NCBI GenBank assembly: GCA_016928395.1
Contig: JAFGKV010000138.1
Coordinates: forward strand, 1 to 49,460
DNA length: 49,460 nt
Reading direction: 5' to 3'
Source: Candidatus Fermentibacterota bacterium
Lineage (GTDB): Bacteria; JAFGKV01
Shown here: piece by piece, positions 26,877 through 36,233 of the stretch
Layout of the letters: each line of letters starts with the position of its first letter
How positions within the stretch are numbered: the stretch's first letter is position 1
Position numbers and translations under genes: made by a program
The notes under the pieces: model-generated
Databases searched by the model: none
The model's input: the letters and a program-made list of their open reading frames with translations, nothing else
Told to the model about the DNA's origin: nothing

Positions 26877-27499
26877 TGTTCCCCCTTGCTTCGGGCAACA
26901 CTTGGGGACTGGGTCGAGCAGGCTTCGCGCGCAGTAATAGCCTGCGAAAAAGAGAATAAGGGCAGAACGTACCTCTTCGTCAATACCCACGACACGCTCA
27001 CCTTGGTTCCTCGCCACCGGCATTCGACTGCGGGATCGACAACCGGATGAGACATTCCAGTCGCCACTTGACGGGTAAGGTCTCGTAGTCGCGCCTCACT
27101 CTCCTTGTGTGAGAGTACCCGAATCCGGTGGCTGCGCTCCTTCTTCATCCCATGGCAATCGCTATCGCACGCGAATCCCCGGAGAATAGCCGTGCAATAG
27201 CAATGGCGATCCCTGCCTCCGCTCCTCGGCCGACAAGGGACGGTCGCCCCTGCGGTGGGAGTGAACTGCCGGCTCCATAGTGACAGGATTCTGTGCCGGC
27301 CCACGGACTTGAGGGCGACTGACCACCCGATGTTCTTGGCGGCATCGTCGACCCCGGAAGACCTGACGCCCCCCAGCCTTCGGAGACCCGACTGACCCCT
27401 CAGCCCTGCAACCTCACCGCAATAGCGACCTGGCTTCCCGTGGCTCGAGCTGCTACATTGTGCGTGAACCTATAGCTCTCGTCTGCAAGGAGAATAGTC

Positions 27500-28441
27500 G
27501 TGCTGCCGAATCCCAGGCTGTCACAAATCATGGACGGCAACCCCCCGGTGGTCGATCGCCATGAGCGTCTCAGCGCAGTACTCAGGCTCTTCCAGGAGCG
27601 CCATGTCCGTCATGTGCCGGTATGCGACGGAAGGCGGCTCATCGGGCTATTGAGCGATCGGGAACTCCGTCGCTATTCGCTGTCGGCCGTCTTCCAGGAC
27701 AGGCCAAACGTCAACGCCGTGTTTCTTGATCAAGTGGTTCGGTTAGACGATGTCTGCCGAAATGACTATGTTGCCCTTTCGCCCAGCGCCACGCTTCTCG
27801 ATGCCCTGGAGGCCATGGAGTCCACGAAACACTACTGCGTCCCCGTGGTCGACGATATCTACAACCTCTTGGGAGTCGTGACGGTCCGAGATACGCTGAC
27901 CTACGTCGCCGATGTTCCCCGCAGCCGTGACCAGTTTGGCAGGCCCCAGAAGACCGCAATCGCTCGGAAGAGAATCTCAGTGAGCGACGTCATGACCCAG
28001 GAACCCACGACTATCGACGTGTCCGCAAGCCTGTCCGACGCCCTCGCCCTCATGGAAAAGGGAGGGTTTCGACACCTTCCCGTGATGACCAACGGGAATC
28101 CGGTGGGCCTTCTGTCGCAATACGACATCCTTCGGTTCACCTACTCCGCAACCTTCGGCGTGAGCCAAGACGAGCAGCGGCAGTTTCTCGATGATTTTGT
28201 GGATATCGAAGGGGTGATGTCGCCAGGCATACCCCACATCTCGCCATCCGCACAGATAGCGGAAGCGGCACAGCGGCTTCTTGACGAACCCACCGGCGCC
28301 CTGCTGATCCTCACGAACGGTGGGAGACGGCTTGCGGGGATTCTCACCGAACGTGATTTCGTCATGCTCCTGCGCAGGGAGCTGCACGACTACTGGACTC
28401 CCGAACACACGCCGCAGTTACACGCACACCACGGCGCCTGA
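27500..28441 (+). CDS. Four-CBS-domain protein (two Bateman modules)
   Basis: AAGGAG RBS; internal duplication RHVPV..GLLSDREL..YSLSAVF versus RHLPV..GLLSQYDIL.FTYSATF; VSDVMT.EP, GILTERD. Confidence 0.88.
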   Translation: MLPNPRLSQIMDGNPPVVDRHERLSAVLRLFQERHVRHVPVCDGRRLIGLLSDRELRRYSLSAVFQDRPNVNAVFLDQVVRLDDVCRNDYVALSPSATLLDALEAMESTKHYCVPVVDDIYNLLGVVTVRDTLTYVADVPRSRDQFGRPQKTAIARKRISVSDVMTQEPTTIDVSASLSDALALMEKGGFRHLPVMTNGNPVGLLSQYDILRFTYSATFGVSQDEQRQFLDDFVDIEGVMSPGIPHISPSAQIAEAAQRLLDEPTGALLILTNGGRRLAGILTERDFVMLLRRELHDYWTPEHTPQLHAHHGA

Positions 28442-28568
28442 TTCTGGACTTTCCTTCCCGCCTCTGCTGTTTTCTCGTTGCGTCGTCCGGACGCATCCTG
28501 TCGGTAGCCTTCGGCCCAGTCGACGGGGCGAGGCTTTGCCCTACGCCCGCGTCGTTCTGGGGGCACAG

Positions 28569-31500
28569 CTACCGAAGAAGAGTCATGCGCCTCGTCGCGG
28601 TCACACCGTCAGCCTCCGCCCGGCACACGTAGATTCCGGAGGGCAGGAACCGACCCGACTCGTCCGCGCCGTCCCATTCATGAACGATACTCTCCGACTG
28701 CGCGAACTCCTCGCCCCGTAGCTGTCGAACCCGCCTACCCTGGAGGTCGAAGACTCCCAGGGACAGGAGACACGGCCCGTGCACCGACACCAGAATGGTG
28801 GTACGGCTGTGGAATGGATTCGGTCTATTCTGGCCCAACCTGACCGCGTCAGGCCGGGGCTGACACTGCCCGGATACGGCAGATTCCGCCACCTCCAGAT
28901 GCCGGTTGACCGGCAGGTTTGTGAATACCTCCATGCCGCCCCGGGGCCAGCAGATGACCAGAGAGTCCACCGTGCCGGCTTCACCCAAGCCGAAGTGGAC
29001 CGCCATCTGATTCTGGCCGCATGCGCCGGTCTGGCTGGATATCTCCCGGAATTGCCACACAGACTGGCCGCCGATGTTCGCCTTGACCCGTACCGTGGCG
29101 CCTATGGCAGAGGAGTTGGCCCTCGTACCCCGGCATTGAACGGTCAGCCAGTTGTTCTTCGTGCCGGTATTGCGAAACAGAGAGGTAGTCTCCGTGCGGC
29201 CGAAGCAGCGAGCAACCGCCAGATCCAGATGGCCGTCGCGGTCGAAGTCGCCCCAGGCTGCCCCATAGCCCCATCCGCGATGCGCCGCTACCGGCCCCGT
29301 CATGACCCGGGCAAAGCTGCCGTCGCCATTGTTCAGGTAGAGGAAGTCAGCCAGGTCTTCGCCTGGATCCTGGCTGAAACCATTGGCCACGAAGAGATCC
29401 AGATCGCCGTCATTGTCAAAGTCGCCCCAGGCGCTGCCGATGGAGTAGCCGCGGTCATTGACGACGCTCCCCGACATGACCCGGGCGAAGGTGCCGTCGC
29501 CGTTATTCTTGAAGAGGAAGTTGTTCTGGTCACCCCAGTTGGCCACGAAGAGATCCAGGTCGCCGTCATTGTCGAAATCACCCCAAGAACTGCCGAATGA
29601 CCGCCCGCGGGTGGTGACCACCGGCCCGTCGGGGATCATCGTGAATGAACCGTCGCCGTCATTGCGGTACAGGGAGTTGTACTCATTGGCCTCATTGGCC
29701 ACGAAGAGGTCCAGGTCGCCGTCGCCGTCATAATCGGCCCAACTGACGCTGCGGGAGTGGAAGAGGTCGGTCACGATGGCGCCTTCGGTGATCGTGGTGA
29801 AAGCGCCACCGCTTCCCCGGTACAGGAAGTTGCATTCCGCTTCATCCGGTCCCGAGTTGGCAACAAAGACGTCCAGCAGGGCATCGTTGTCATAGTCTGC
29901 CCATCCGCAGGTCTCTGAGTGCCCGCCATCGGTAGCGACCGGACCAGCGGAGATCCGCGAGAACGAACCATCGCCGTTGTTGGAATAGAGGAGGTTGTTC
30001 TGACCGTACCAATTCACCACCAAGGCATCAAGATCGCCGTCATTGTCGAAGTCGGCCCAAGAGGAACCCACGGAGCTGGACCCGTCATTTACAATGGGAT
30101 CGCCACTCACCGATGAGAACGCCCCGCCTCCTTCATTGCGATAGAGCCTGTTGTTCTGACCGCCCTGGGGGCCGTTGGTGATGAAGAGATCCAGAAGGCC
30201 ATCGGTGTCAAAATCGATCCAATTGACGCTGCGGGAATCACCCTGGTCGTCTGCCAGGATGCCGGACGCGCCCTCGGCGAACTGCTCGATGCGTAACGCG
30301 ATTTCCAGCGGATTGGGCGTTGCCGGGTCATTATGATAGAGTGACAGCGTACCGAACATGGGACCGGCTTGCGTGGGAGCCCAGACACTCAGCACGGTCT
30401 GGGAATCGAACGCCGGGATAGTCGCTGGGATGGATGAAATGACGGTGATCACCTCGCCCACATCGTCGCTTATCTCAGCTCTCTCTATGACTACCGCTCC
30501 GCTGCCCGTCGATTGGACAGGGATACTCAGGGTATCCCTGGAGCCAGGCTCGACAAACGAGAACCGAAACTCCGAGGCAGGCAGCGAGATTCTGGGCCTG
30601 CTGAACGAAGCCAGCAGCGGCCAAAGACGTCCGCCGTAGGCGCCCATGTCGCGACGAAGACCTCCCATGGCGGGATAGCGGGCCATTCCGGGAGAAGACG
30701 GATCCTCGGGATCAGGAATCGAAGCGGGATCGCCGGTATCCACGCAGGGGGAGGAATAGGTGAGGTAGAGATTCATCGTATCGAAGAGCGGGTGGGCATC
30801 CACGTTGCCCATACCCTCCCATCCTCCCTGGACGTCGCAGTAGGTCAGATCGGCCGAGCCTCCTGAGAGGCTGATCTGGTGACCGGATGCACCGGAGGTA
30901 TTGCCCCAGAGGATATTGTGACTCCCCGTGATGGCCGTGGCCCACACCCGGATGCCCCCGCCTTCCAGCGCCGAAATGTTGCCCGTGATGGTATTGCCCT
31001 CGACCATGGTAGGCCCCACCTCGTACAGCCAAATGCCCGAACCGCCGTAATCCTCGCCGCCTTCATTGTCACAGATGACGTTGCCGACTATGCTCCCGGT
31101 ACAGAAGTTCATCACAATGCCGGCGCCGTACCGTCCCCGGTTTCCCGCGATGACGTTCCCGGTGATCAGCGGATTCGCGTCGCCGCACCGGATGCCGCCT
31201 CCGCCGGCGCTTACCAGCCCCGTATCGTCCGTAGCCTCATTGTCCACGATGAGATTGTGGCGAATCACCGGGGAGGCCAGCTCCACCAGAATACCGCCGC
31301 CCTCGCGGTAATCCTGGCTAAGGTGGGTATCCCTCCACACGGTGCCGGTACCCCCGGTGAGCGTGAAGCCCTCCAGCACCGCCGTCGAATCCTCGCCCGA
31401 GACGATGAGCACGCAGCTTGCCGTGTCGGGATGCGCGGGATTCGACCCGTCGATGATCGTCTGCATGATATGATCGGGATTACCATCAACGATGAAGTGG

Positions 31501-31694
31501 CTGGCCAACACGAGGTTGCGGCCGCGGAAATTGATGTTCTCCCGATAAACACCCGGTGCGACGAGAACCGTATCGCCGTGGGTCGACGCGTTGATGGCGG
31601 CCTGAATCGTCGTGAAGTCAGCAGGGACATATCTGGTCGTCGCATCGGCGCAGATGGCAAAGGATGCGGCAAGGAACAGAGCGATGAGGCGCAT
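28569..31694 (-). CDS. Secreted protein: right-handed beta-helix, Ig-like domain, FG-GAP repeats, ASPIC/UnbV domain, FlgD-Ig/T9SS-like CTD
   Basis: Signal peptide; TIQAAINAS..GDTVLVAPGVYRENI; GGGI repeats; seven W-x-D-[FY]-D-x-D-x-x-L-D repeats; NNWLTV...AIGATV...HFGLG; PNPF...FDLQGR.V...WDG...SGIY. GGAGG RBS. Confidence 0.88.
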   Translation of the reverse strand: MRLIALFLAASFAICADATTRYVPADFTTIQAAINASTHGDTVLVAPGVYRENINFRGRNLVLASHFIVDGNPDHIMQTIIDGSNPAHPDTASCVLIVSGEDSTAVLEGFTLTGGTGTVWRDTHLSQDYREGGGILVELASPVIRHNLIVDNEATDDTGLVSAGGGGIRCGDANPLITGNVIAGNRGRYGAGIVMNFCTGSIVGNVICDNEGGEDYGGSGIWLYEVGPTMVEGNTITGNISALEGGGIRVWATAITGSHNILWGNTSGASGHQISLSGGSADLTYCDVQGGWEGMGNVDAHPLFDTMNLYLTYSSPCVDTGDPASIPDPEDPSSPGMARYPAMGGLRRDMGAYGGRLWPLLASFSRPRISLPASEFRFSFVEPGSRDTLSIPVQSTGSGAVVIERAEISDDVGEVITVISSIPATIPAFDSQTVLSVWAPTQAGPMFGTLSLYHNDPATPNPLEIALRIEQFAEGASGILADDQGDSRSVNWIDFDTDGLLDLFITNGPQGGQNNRLYRNEGGGAFSSVSGDPIVNDGSSSVGSSWADFDNDGDLDALVVNWYGQNNLLYSNNGDGSFSRISAGPVATDGGHSETCGWADYDNDALLDVFVANSGPDEAECNFLYRGSGGAFTTITEGAIVTDLFHSRSVSWADYDGDGDLDLFVANEANEYNSLYRNDGDGSFTMIPDGPVVTTRGRSFGSSWGDFDNDGDLDLFVANWGDQNNFLFKNNGDGTFARVMSGSVVNDRGYSIGSAWGDFDNDGDLDLFVANGFSQDPGEDLADFLYLNNGDGSFARVMTGPVAAHRGWGYGAAWGDFDRDGHLDLAVARCFGRTETTSLFRNTGTKNNWLTVQCRGTRANSSAIGATVRVKANIGGQSVWQFREISSQTGACGQNQMAVHFGLGEAGTVDSLVICWPRGGMEVFTNLPVNRHLEVAESAVSGQCQPRPDAVRLGQNRPNPFHSRTTILVSVHGPCLLSLGVFDLQGRRVRQLRGEEFAQSESIVHEWDGADESGRFLPSGIYVCRAEADGVTATRRMTLLR

Positions 31695-31721
31695 GGTCTC
31701 CTCCAAAGGCGGTGTGGGATA

Positions 31722-32606
31722 TCAGTTGTAGGATAGGACCCGCTGGAAAGGGATCTGGTCGATGGTATCGCGCAGGATCCGGACGAAATCGGGGGAACGG
31801 TAGAACGGTTGATCTCTGATGAATTCCTCGCTTCTGGCCAAGGCCTCATCGTCCATGACCTCGAGTTCATGACGGGCCATCTCCTTGATCCGAGCCGTGT
31901 CGCCGGAAGCGAACAGCAGTCGGCCAGGCGAAATATGACCTGCCAGAATCAGTGCCTGAGCCTTCCGGGCACAATGGCACGGATTCTCAGGACGAATCAG
32001 CCCGCACTTCTCATCCATGAATTGCGAGATCTTCCTGCGGCCCCGGCTCAACTTCTGCCGGAAATTCTCGCTGCTGATGCTCATGATCGCCGATCCCGTG
32101 CCGGCGTCGGCGCCCAGCATGGCGCCAAGAATGAACGCCAACCGGTGGCTTCTATCCAGACACAGGATCATGCCCATCATGCACGAGAGTCTCACTTCCT
32201 CCACGATGAGGCCAGCGTCGACGGGTAGGCCCTCTGGATCGGGCGGATCCATGTCCGGGGTCGCGTCGATGCTTGCTCCATAAGCCGCGAACGAAGAGAA
32301 CACCCGCTCCGACCGGCGTCTGCGCATGTTGGCCACATGATTGGATAGTATGCGATAGAGCCATGTCCGGAAACTGCTCTCCCCCCGGAATGAAACCAGC
32401 CGAGTCAGCATCTTGATGAGGATCTCCTGCGTGACGTCCTCTGCATCCTCGGGGAGCCAGACCATCCGCAACGCGACGTTGTCGATCCAGCTCTGATGCC
32501 TGTGGATCAACTCCTCCAGCGCCTGCCTGTCTCCGCCCACAGCCTTGGAGACCAGCGCTCGATCCTCGCCATCTCTGGTGTGCAGATTCACCAGTGAATC
32601 GTCCAT
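31722..32606 (-). CDS. ECF-type RNA polymerase sigma factor with Cys-rich C-terminal extension
   Basis: Sigma2 DAEDVTQE...FRGESSFRTWLYRI; sigma4 region; tail EKCGLIRPENPCHC. Start ATG 32606 with GGAGGAG RBS. Confidence 0.9.
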   Translation of the reverse strand: MDDSLVNLHTRDGEDRALVSKAVGGDRQALEELIHRHQSWIDNVALRMVWLPEDAEDVTQEILIKMLTRLVSFRGESSFRTWLYRILSNHVANMRRRRSERVFSSFAAYGASIDATPDMDPPDPEGLPVDAGLIVEEVRLSCMMGMILCLDRSHRLAFILGAMLGADAGTGSAIMSISSENFRQKLSRGRRKISQFMDEKCGLIRPENPCHCARKAQALILAGHISPGRLLFASGDTARIKEMARHELEVMDDEALARSEEFIRDQPFYRSPDFVRILRDTIDQIPFQRVLSYN

Positions 32607-32640
32607 GGTTCTCCTCCCTCCCACGTCGCTCCTCCCTTTG

Positions 32641-32666
32641 GACACCGAAACCGCCCGAGTGTGACA
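32641..32666 (-). promoter_or_regulatory. Putative ECF-dependent (autoregulatory) promoter
   Basis: Minus strand TGTCACA-N15-TGTC, ending 34 bp upstream of the ECF start codon. Resembles the TGTCACA...CGTC promoter described for ECF41. Confidence 0.5.
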
Positions 32667-33050
32667 GGGGGCATAGATTCTCTCAATGGGCATTCTCCGG
32701 CGGAATCTATGTGCGACCAGGACGAGGCGCGATCTGGGACGGCTGGCCCTGGAGCGAGCCGAGACCACACGCAGTGCCGATCCCTGTGGGAGCAACCTGG
32801 TTTCAGTGCCCGCAGCCGCACACCTGATGTCCATTACCGGACTGCAAAGACGAACGCGGTACCTCGAGTCTCCGTGTACGCCAGTAGGGACCCCCGGCAC
32901 GGAAGTTGCCGGTATGGTATCTATTCGGTCTCTCCTGGGATCGGCCATCCCTTCTCGGTGGCCGTACAGAGGTGCCCGATCGCCGTGCTCCCGTCGACAC
33001 CTTCGCGGCCCGGTTACTGAACTGGTCCATGCAACCATCTGGAGGCCTCA

Positions 33051-35711
33051 ATGGAACGCGCCTGTCGACTAGAACCCTGTCGCTATTGCCCGTCCCCACT
33101 CAAGCCCTTGCTGATGGGCATGCTAATCCTCGCCTTGGCAGGTCCGGCTTTCGCTACCCATGTCGCCATGTCGCCGGATCCGGTGTGGCAGGTGACCGGG
33201 ACGATCCCCACCGGGGTCGGCTGGGCTGACTTCGATGCAAACGGCTGGCTGGATCTGGTAATCACCCATGGGCTCGATGTGATTGCCAGCCCCGATGCTG
33301 TGTACTTCAACACGGACGGAATCCTCTCCTTCACACCGGGATGGATCTCCGAAGCCTCACTGCCTTCGGCCAATGTGTTCCTCGGTGATCTAGACAATGA
33401 TGGAGATCCCGACCTTGCGGTCTCGAGTTTGGGGATCACGTCTCAGGGCCTGCCCCCGGTGCCCCATACAATCTATTTCAACAATGGCGGGCTCCCACCA
33501 AATCCTGACTGGGTCTCGCTGCCCGGCAATGCCTTTTCGTGCGCCGGCGGTGATGTAGACGGTGACGGCGATATCGACATCGCGTTCGGCCAGGGTGATT
33601 TCGCCACCAATCACTTCCAGAAGACTGTGCTCTACCTCAATGAGAATGGTGACTTCGGCCAGTCGCCGACCTGGGAGACCGCCGATCTGCTCCACAGCGC
33701 GGAAGTCGCCTTCGCGGATGTCGACCGTGACGGCGACCTCGATCTGGCGCTGGGAGGACGCAATTCGTTCGGCCTGGCAATCTTCTTCAATGACCAGGGC
33801 ATTCTGGAAACCACGCCCTCCTGGCAAACCAGCGCGGTCATCACGGGCCGTCAGATGGCCTTCGGCGACGTGAACGGCGATGGATTCCTTGACCTTGCCG
33901 TGGCCGGCGGCGCCCAGAGCTTCTTCCTGTTCAGGAATATCAACGGCACCCTGGAGACCACGCCTTCCTGGTCGGCCGTTGCGGGCGGTGAGCCGTCGGC
34001 CGTTGCCTGGGCCGATGTTGATGGTGATGGGGATCTCGACCTGGCTGCCGGCGGATGGTACCCTCCCATGGGGATCTTCGAGAATGTGAACGGAACCCTT
34101 TCCTCCACGTTCGTCTGGTCCTACAACTGCGGCGTACAGCAGTTCGCCTGGGGTGACTTCGATGGTGATTACCTGGTCGACACGGTGTCGACGATCACGG
34201 CCGATGGGGCGTCGGGGCTCTTCTACCTCGACCATCGGCCCATTCACCGTCTAAACTGGGTGGCCCTGAACGGCCTCCCGCTTCCGCTCGACCAGTTCTG
34301 CCATGACCCTGTGGAGGGGTGGCTTTCTCTGGGAATGGTCCCCCAGGCCGGTGATACACTCACAGTCTCCTACAGCCACTCCAAGGATCTGGATCTTGCA
34401 GTCACCGACGCCAGTCAGACCCGCATCTTCAGTAATCTCAAGCCAGTACCACCCTTCGTAGTCCCCGACTTCGAGGCAGCGCCGTGTACAGGTCACGCCC
34501 CCTTGGCGGTGCAGTTCACCGATCTCACCTACGCCGAACCCGCCATCGTCGCGTGGTCATGGGATCTCAACGGTGACGGGATCACCGACTCACAGGTACA
34601 ACATCCGGCCTGGATCTATGACTCGCCGGGATCGTTCACAGTCACACTGGAGGCATCCAATGGGCTGACTGCCGCCATCATCGAGAAGGAAGCCTGCGTC
34701 AACGTGTTCTCTGGCGAGAGCGCCGTGGCGTTCGACGGCAACTCGGGCAACGTCCGCTGTCCAGCCTCCCCCAGCATGGCCATCAGCGACGCAGTGACCG
34801 CTGAGGCGTGGATCAAACCTCAAGGCTGGGGAGAAGTGCCCACGACCGGATTCGGCCGAATCATCGACAAGACCAACTTCGCCCTCTACCTGCACGGGGA
34901 AGGCAGTGCGTACAATCAACACAGCATGGTGTTCCTTCTGCGCAACACGAACGGCCCTCCGGTGGTACTCACCACACCCCCGGGAAGCATTCAGTTGGAT
35001 GCCTGGCAGCATGTCGCGGCGACCTACACCGCCGCCACGAGCGAGGCCGCCGTCTATCTGGACGGGATGCGCCAGGACCTGAATCAGGTCAACACACCTG
35101 CCGGGCCCATAAAGGACAATCTGGGAATCGATCTTCTGATAGGCACCAATCCGGCATCCCTGAACACATTCGACGGGGCCATCGACGAGGTGAGGCTCTG
35201 GAACGTGGCGAGGACAGCGCAGGAGATTGCTGCCGATCGTCTCCACGGGCTCACCGGTGGTCAACCCGAGCTAGTGGGCTACTGGCGTTTCAATGAAGGC
35301 AATGGCGTGTATGCCTTGGATGGATCGGCCAATGGCAATAACGGGGTCATCAGCGATGGGCGCTGGGTGCTGGGTGCACTCGACCCTTCAGCCGCCATAC
35401 CGCCCGGCCAGGGCGCCTCGGCCATTCCTCAGAGGCTCACACTCAGCCTGGGATGGCCGAATCCGTTCGCCGTGCACACGACCGTGCTATGTGACCTGTC
35501 CACCGATGCAACCGTGACGGCTGCCGTGTACGACATGAATGGCCGGCTCGTGCGAAGCCTGTGCCGGTGCGAATGGCCCGCGGGACCACACAGCATCGTG
35601 TGGGACGGCACGGACGATGCGGGCTCGGCCGTGGCATCCGGCGTCTATTTCTGCGGTGTGACCGCAGGTGCCGAAGCGGCTCGGCGCGTCGCTCTCGTGT
35701 GTGTGCGCTGA
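33051..35711 (+). CDS. Secreted FG-GAP repeat protein with PKD, LamG-like and FlgD-Ig/T9SS-like domains
   Basis: Signal peptide; repeated DxDxDGDLDLA motifs; PKD (APLAVQFTD...WSWD); LamG (TAEAWIKP, WQHVAATY, FDGAIDEVRLWN); CTD PNPF...YDMNGRLVR...WDG...ASGVYF. Confidence 0.88.
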   Translation: MERACRLEPCRYCPSPLKPLLMGMLILALAGPAFATHVAMSPDPVWQVTGTIPTGVGWADFDANGWLDLVITHGLDVIASPDAVYFNTDGILSFTPGWISEASLPSANVFLGDLDNDGDPDLAVSSLGITSQGLPPVPHTIYFNNGGLPPNPDWVSLPGNAFSCAGGDVDGDGDIDIAFGQGDFATNHFQKTVLYLNENGDFGQSPTWETADLLHSAEVAFADVDRDGDLDLALGGRNSFGLAIFFNDQGILETTPSWQTSAVITGRQMAFGDVNGDGFLDLAVAGGAQSFFLFRNINGTLETTPSWSAVAGGEPSAVAWADVDGDGDLDLAAGGWYPPMGIFENVNGTLSSTFVWSYNCGVQQFAWGDFDGDYLVDTVSTITADGASGLFYLDHRPIHRLNWVALNGLPLPLDQFCHDPVEGWLSLGMVPQAGDTLTVSYSHSKDLDLAVTDASQTRIFSNLKPVPPFVVPDFEAAPCTGHAPLAVQFTDLTYAEPAIVAWSWDLNGDGITDSQVQHPAWIYDSPGSFTVTLEASNGLTAAIIEKEACVNVFSGESAVAFDGNSGNVRCPASPSMAISDAVTAEAWIKPQGWGEVPTTGFGRIIDKTNFALYLHGEGSAYNQHSMVFLLRNTNGPPVVLTTPPGSIQLDAWQHVAATYTAATSEAAVYLDGMRQDLNQVNTPAGPIKDNLGIDLLIGTNPASLNTFDGAIDEVRLWNVARTAQEIAADRLHGLTGGQPELVGYWRFNEGNGVYALDGSANGNNGVISDGRWVLGALDPSAAIPPGQGASAIPQRLTLSLGWPNPFAVHTTVLCDLSTDATVTAAVYDMNGRLVRSLCRCEWPAGPHSIVWDGTDDAGSAVASGVYFCGVTAGAEAARRVALVCVR

Positions 35712-36233
35712 GCCCATCTTCGACACTATGGACTTCAAGGTTCAATCCGTACAACGAGTCCCAGCGCTTCAAATTGAGCGTGGCACACCATTTCGTCACC
35801 CCCTCATTCCCCAGGCTTCCCTGCCAACCGTATCGCCGGTGGCATCGCCTCCCCCACTGCCTGAAATACCTTCCCGCTCCATCCCTTGGCGGCACCCAGT
35901 GTCATGAATCGCTTCCCGTCCCCCGCATCCACCCACCTCCATCCGTTCCTGAAGCTCCCTCATCACAATCAATGACCGAAAGCCGCGGAATACATGAACC
36001 CGGATAGCCTCCGCGTATCGAAGCGGCGGAGTACTGGGACCACGGGCGCTCGAGCGAGCCCTGGTGTGGCATGACGGGTCGCCCCCCTGCGCATGTGAAC
36101 CGTTCTGCGGCGGTTCCGGCCGAGACGATCACCGGGTCGAGAAATCGGGGACGAAGAAGTGAACAAGCCCGAGGTTGCCAGTTGATAGTCGACAGCCTTT
36201 CCCGGGGCGGGAGATCCGCGACGCGATGTCGTC

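Noticed and set aside
26753..27304. 183-aa minus-strand ORF, and a possible c-di-GMP riboswitch around 27050-27130
   Set aside because: The ORF overlaps the Pro-rich gene out of frame and has no motifs; the conserved GEMM nucleotides could not be matched.
29200..30230. Recurring DNA motif GTCGCCGTC(A/G)TTGTC.AA as a possible CRISPR or tandem array
   Set aside because: These are the degenerate coding repeats of FG-GAP blades within an intact ORF; there are no identical repeats with unique spacers and no cas genes.
32607..33038. 144-aa N-terminal extension of the ECF sigma in the ORF track
   Set aside because: A strong RBS and a promoter-like motif point to ATG 32606; the extension looks non-coding.
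35712..36233. ~520 bp intergenic region with CTTCAA and GTTCAATCC words, considered as a CRISPR remnant, tRNA or small ORF
   Set aside because: No regularly spaced repeats, no cloverleaf, and the small ORFs lack an RBS or recognisable motifs.
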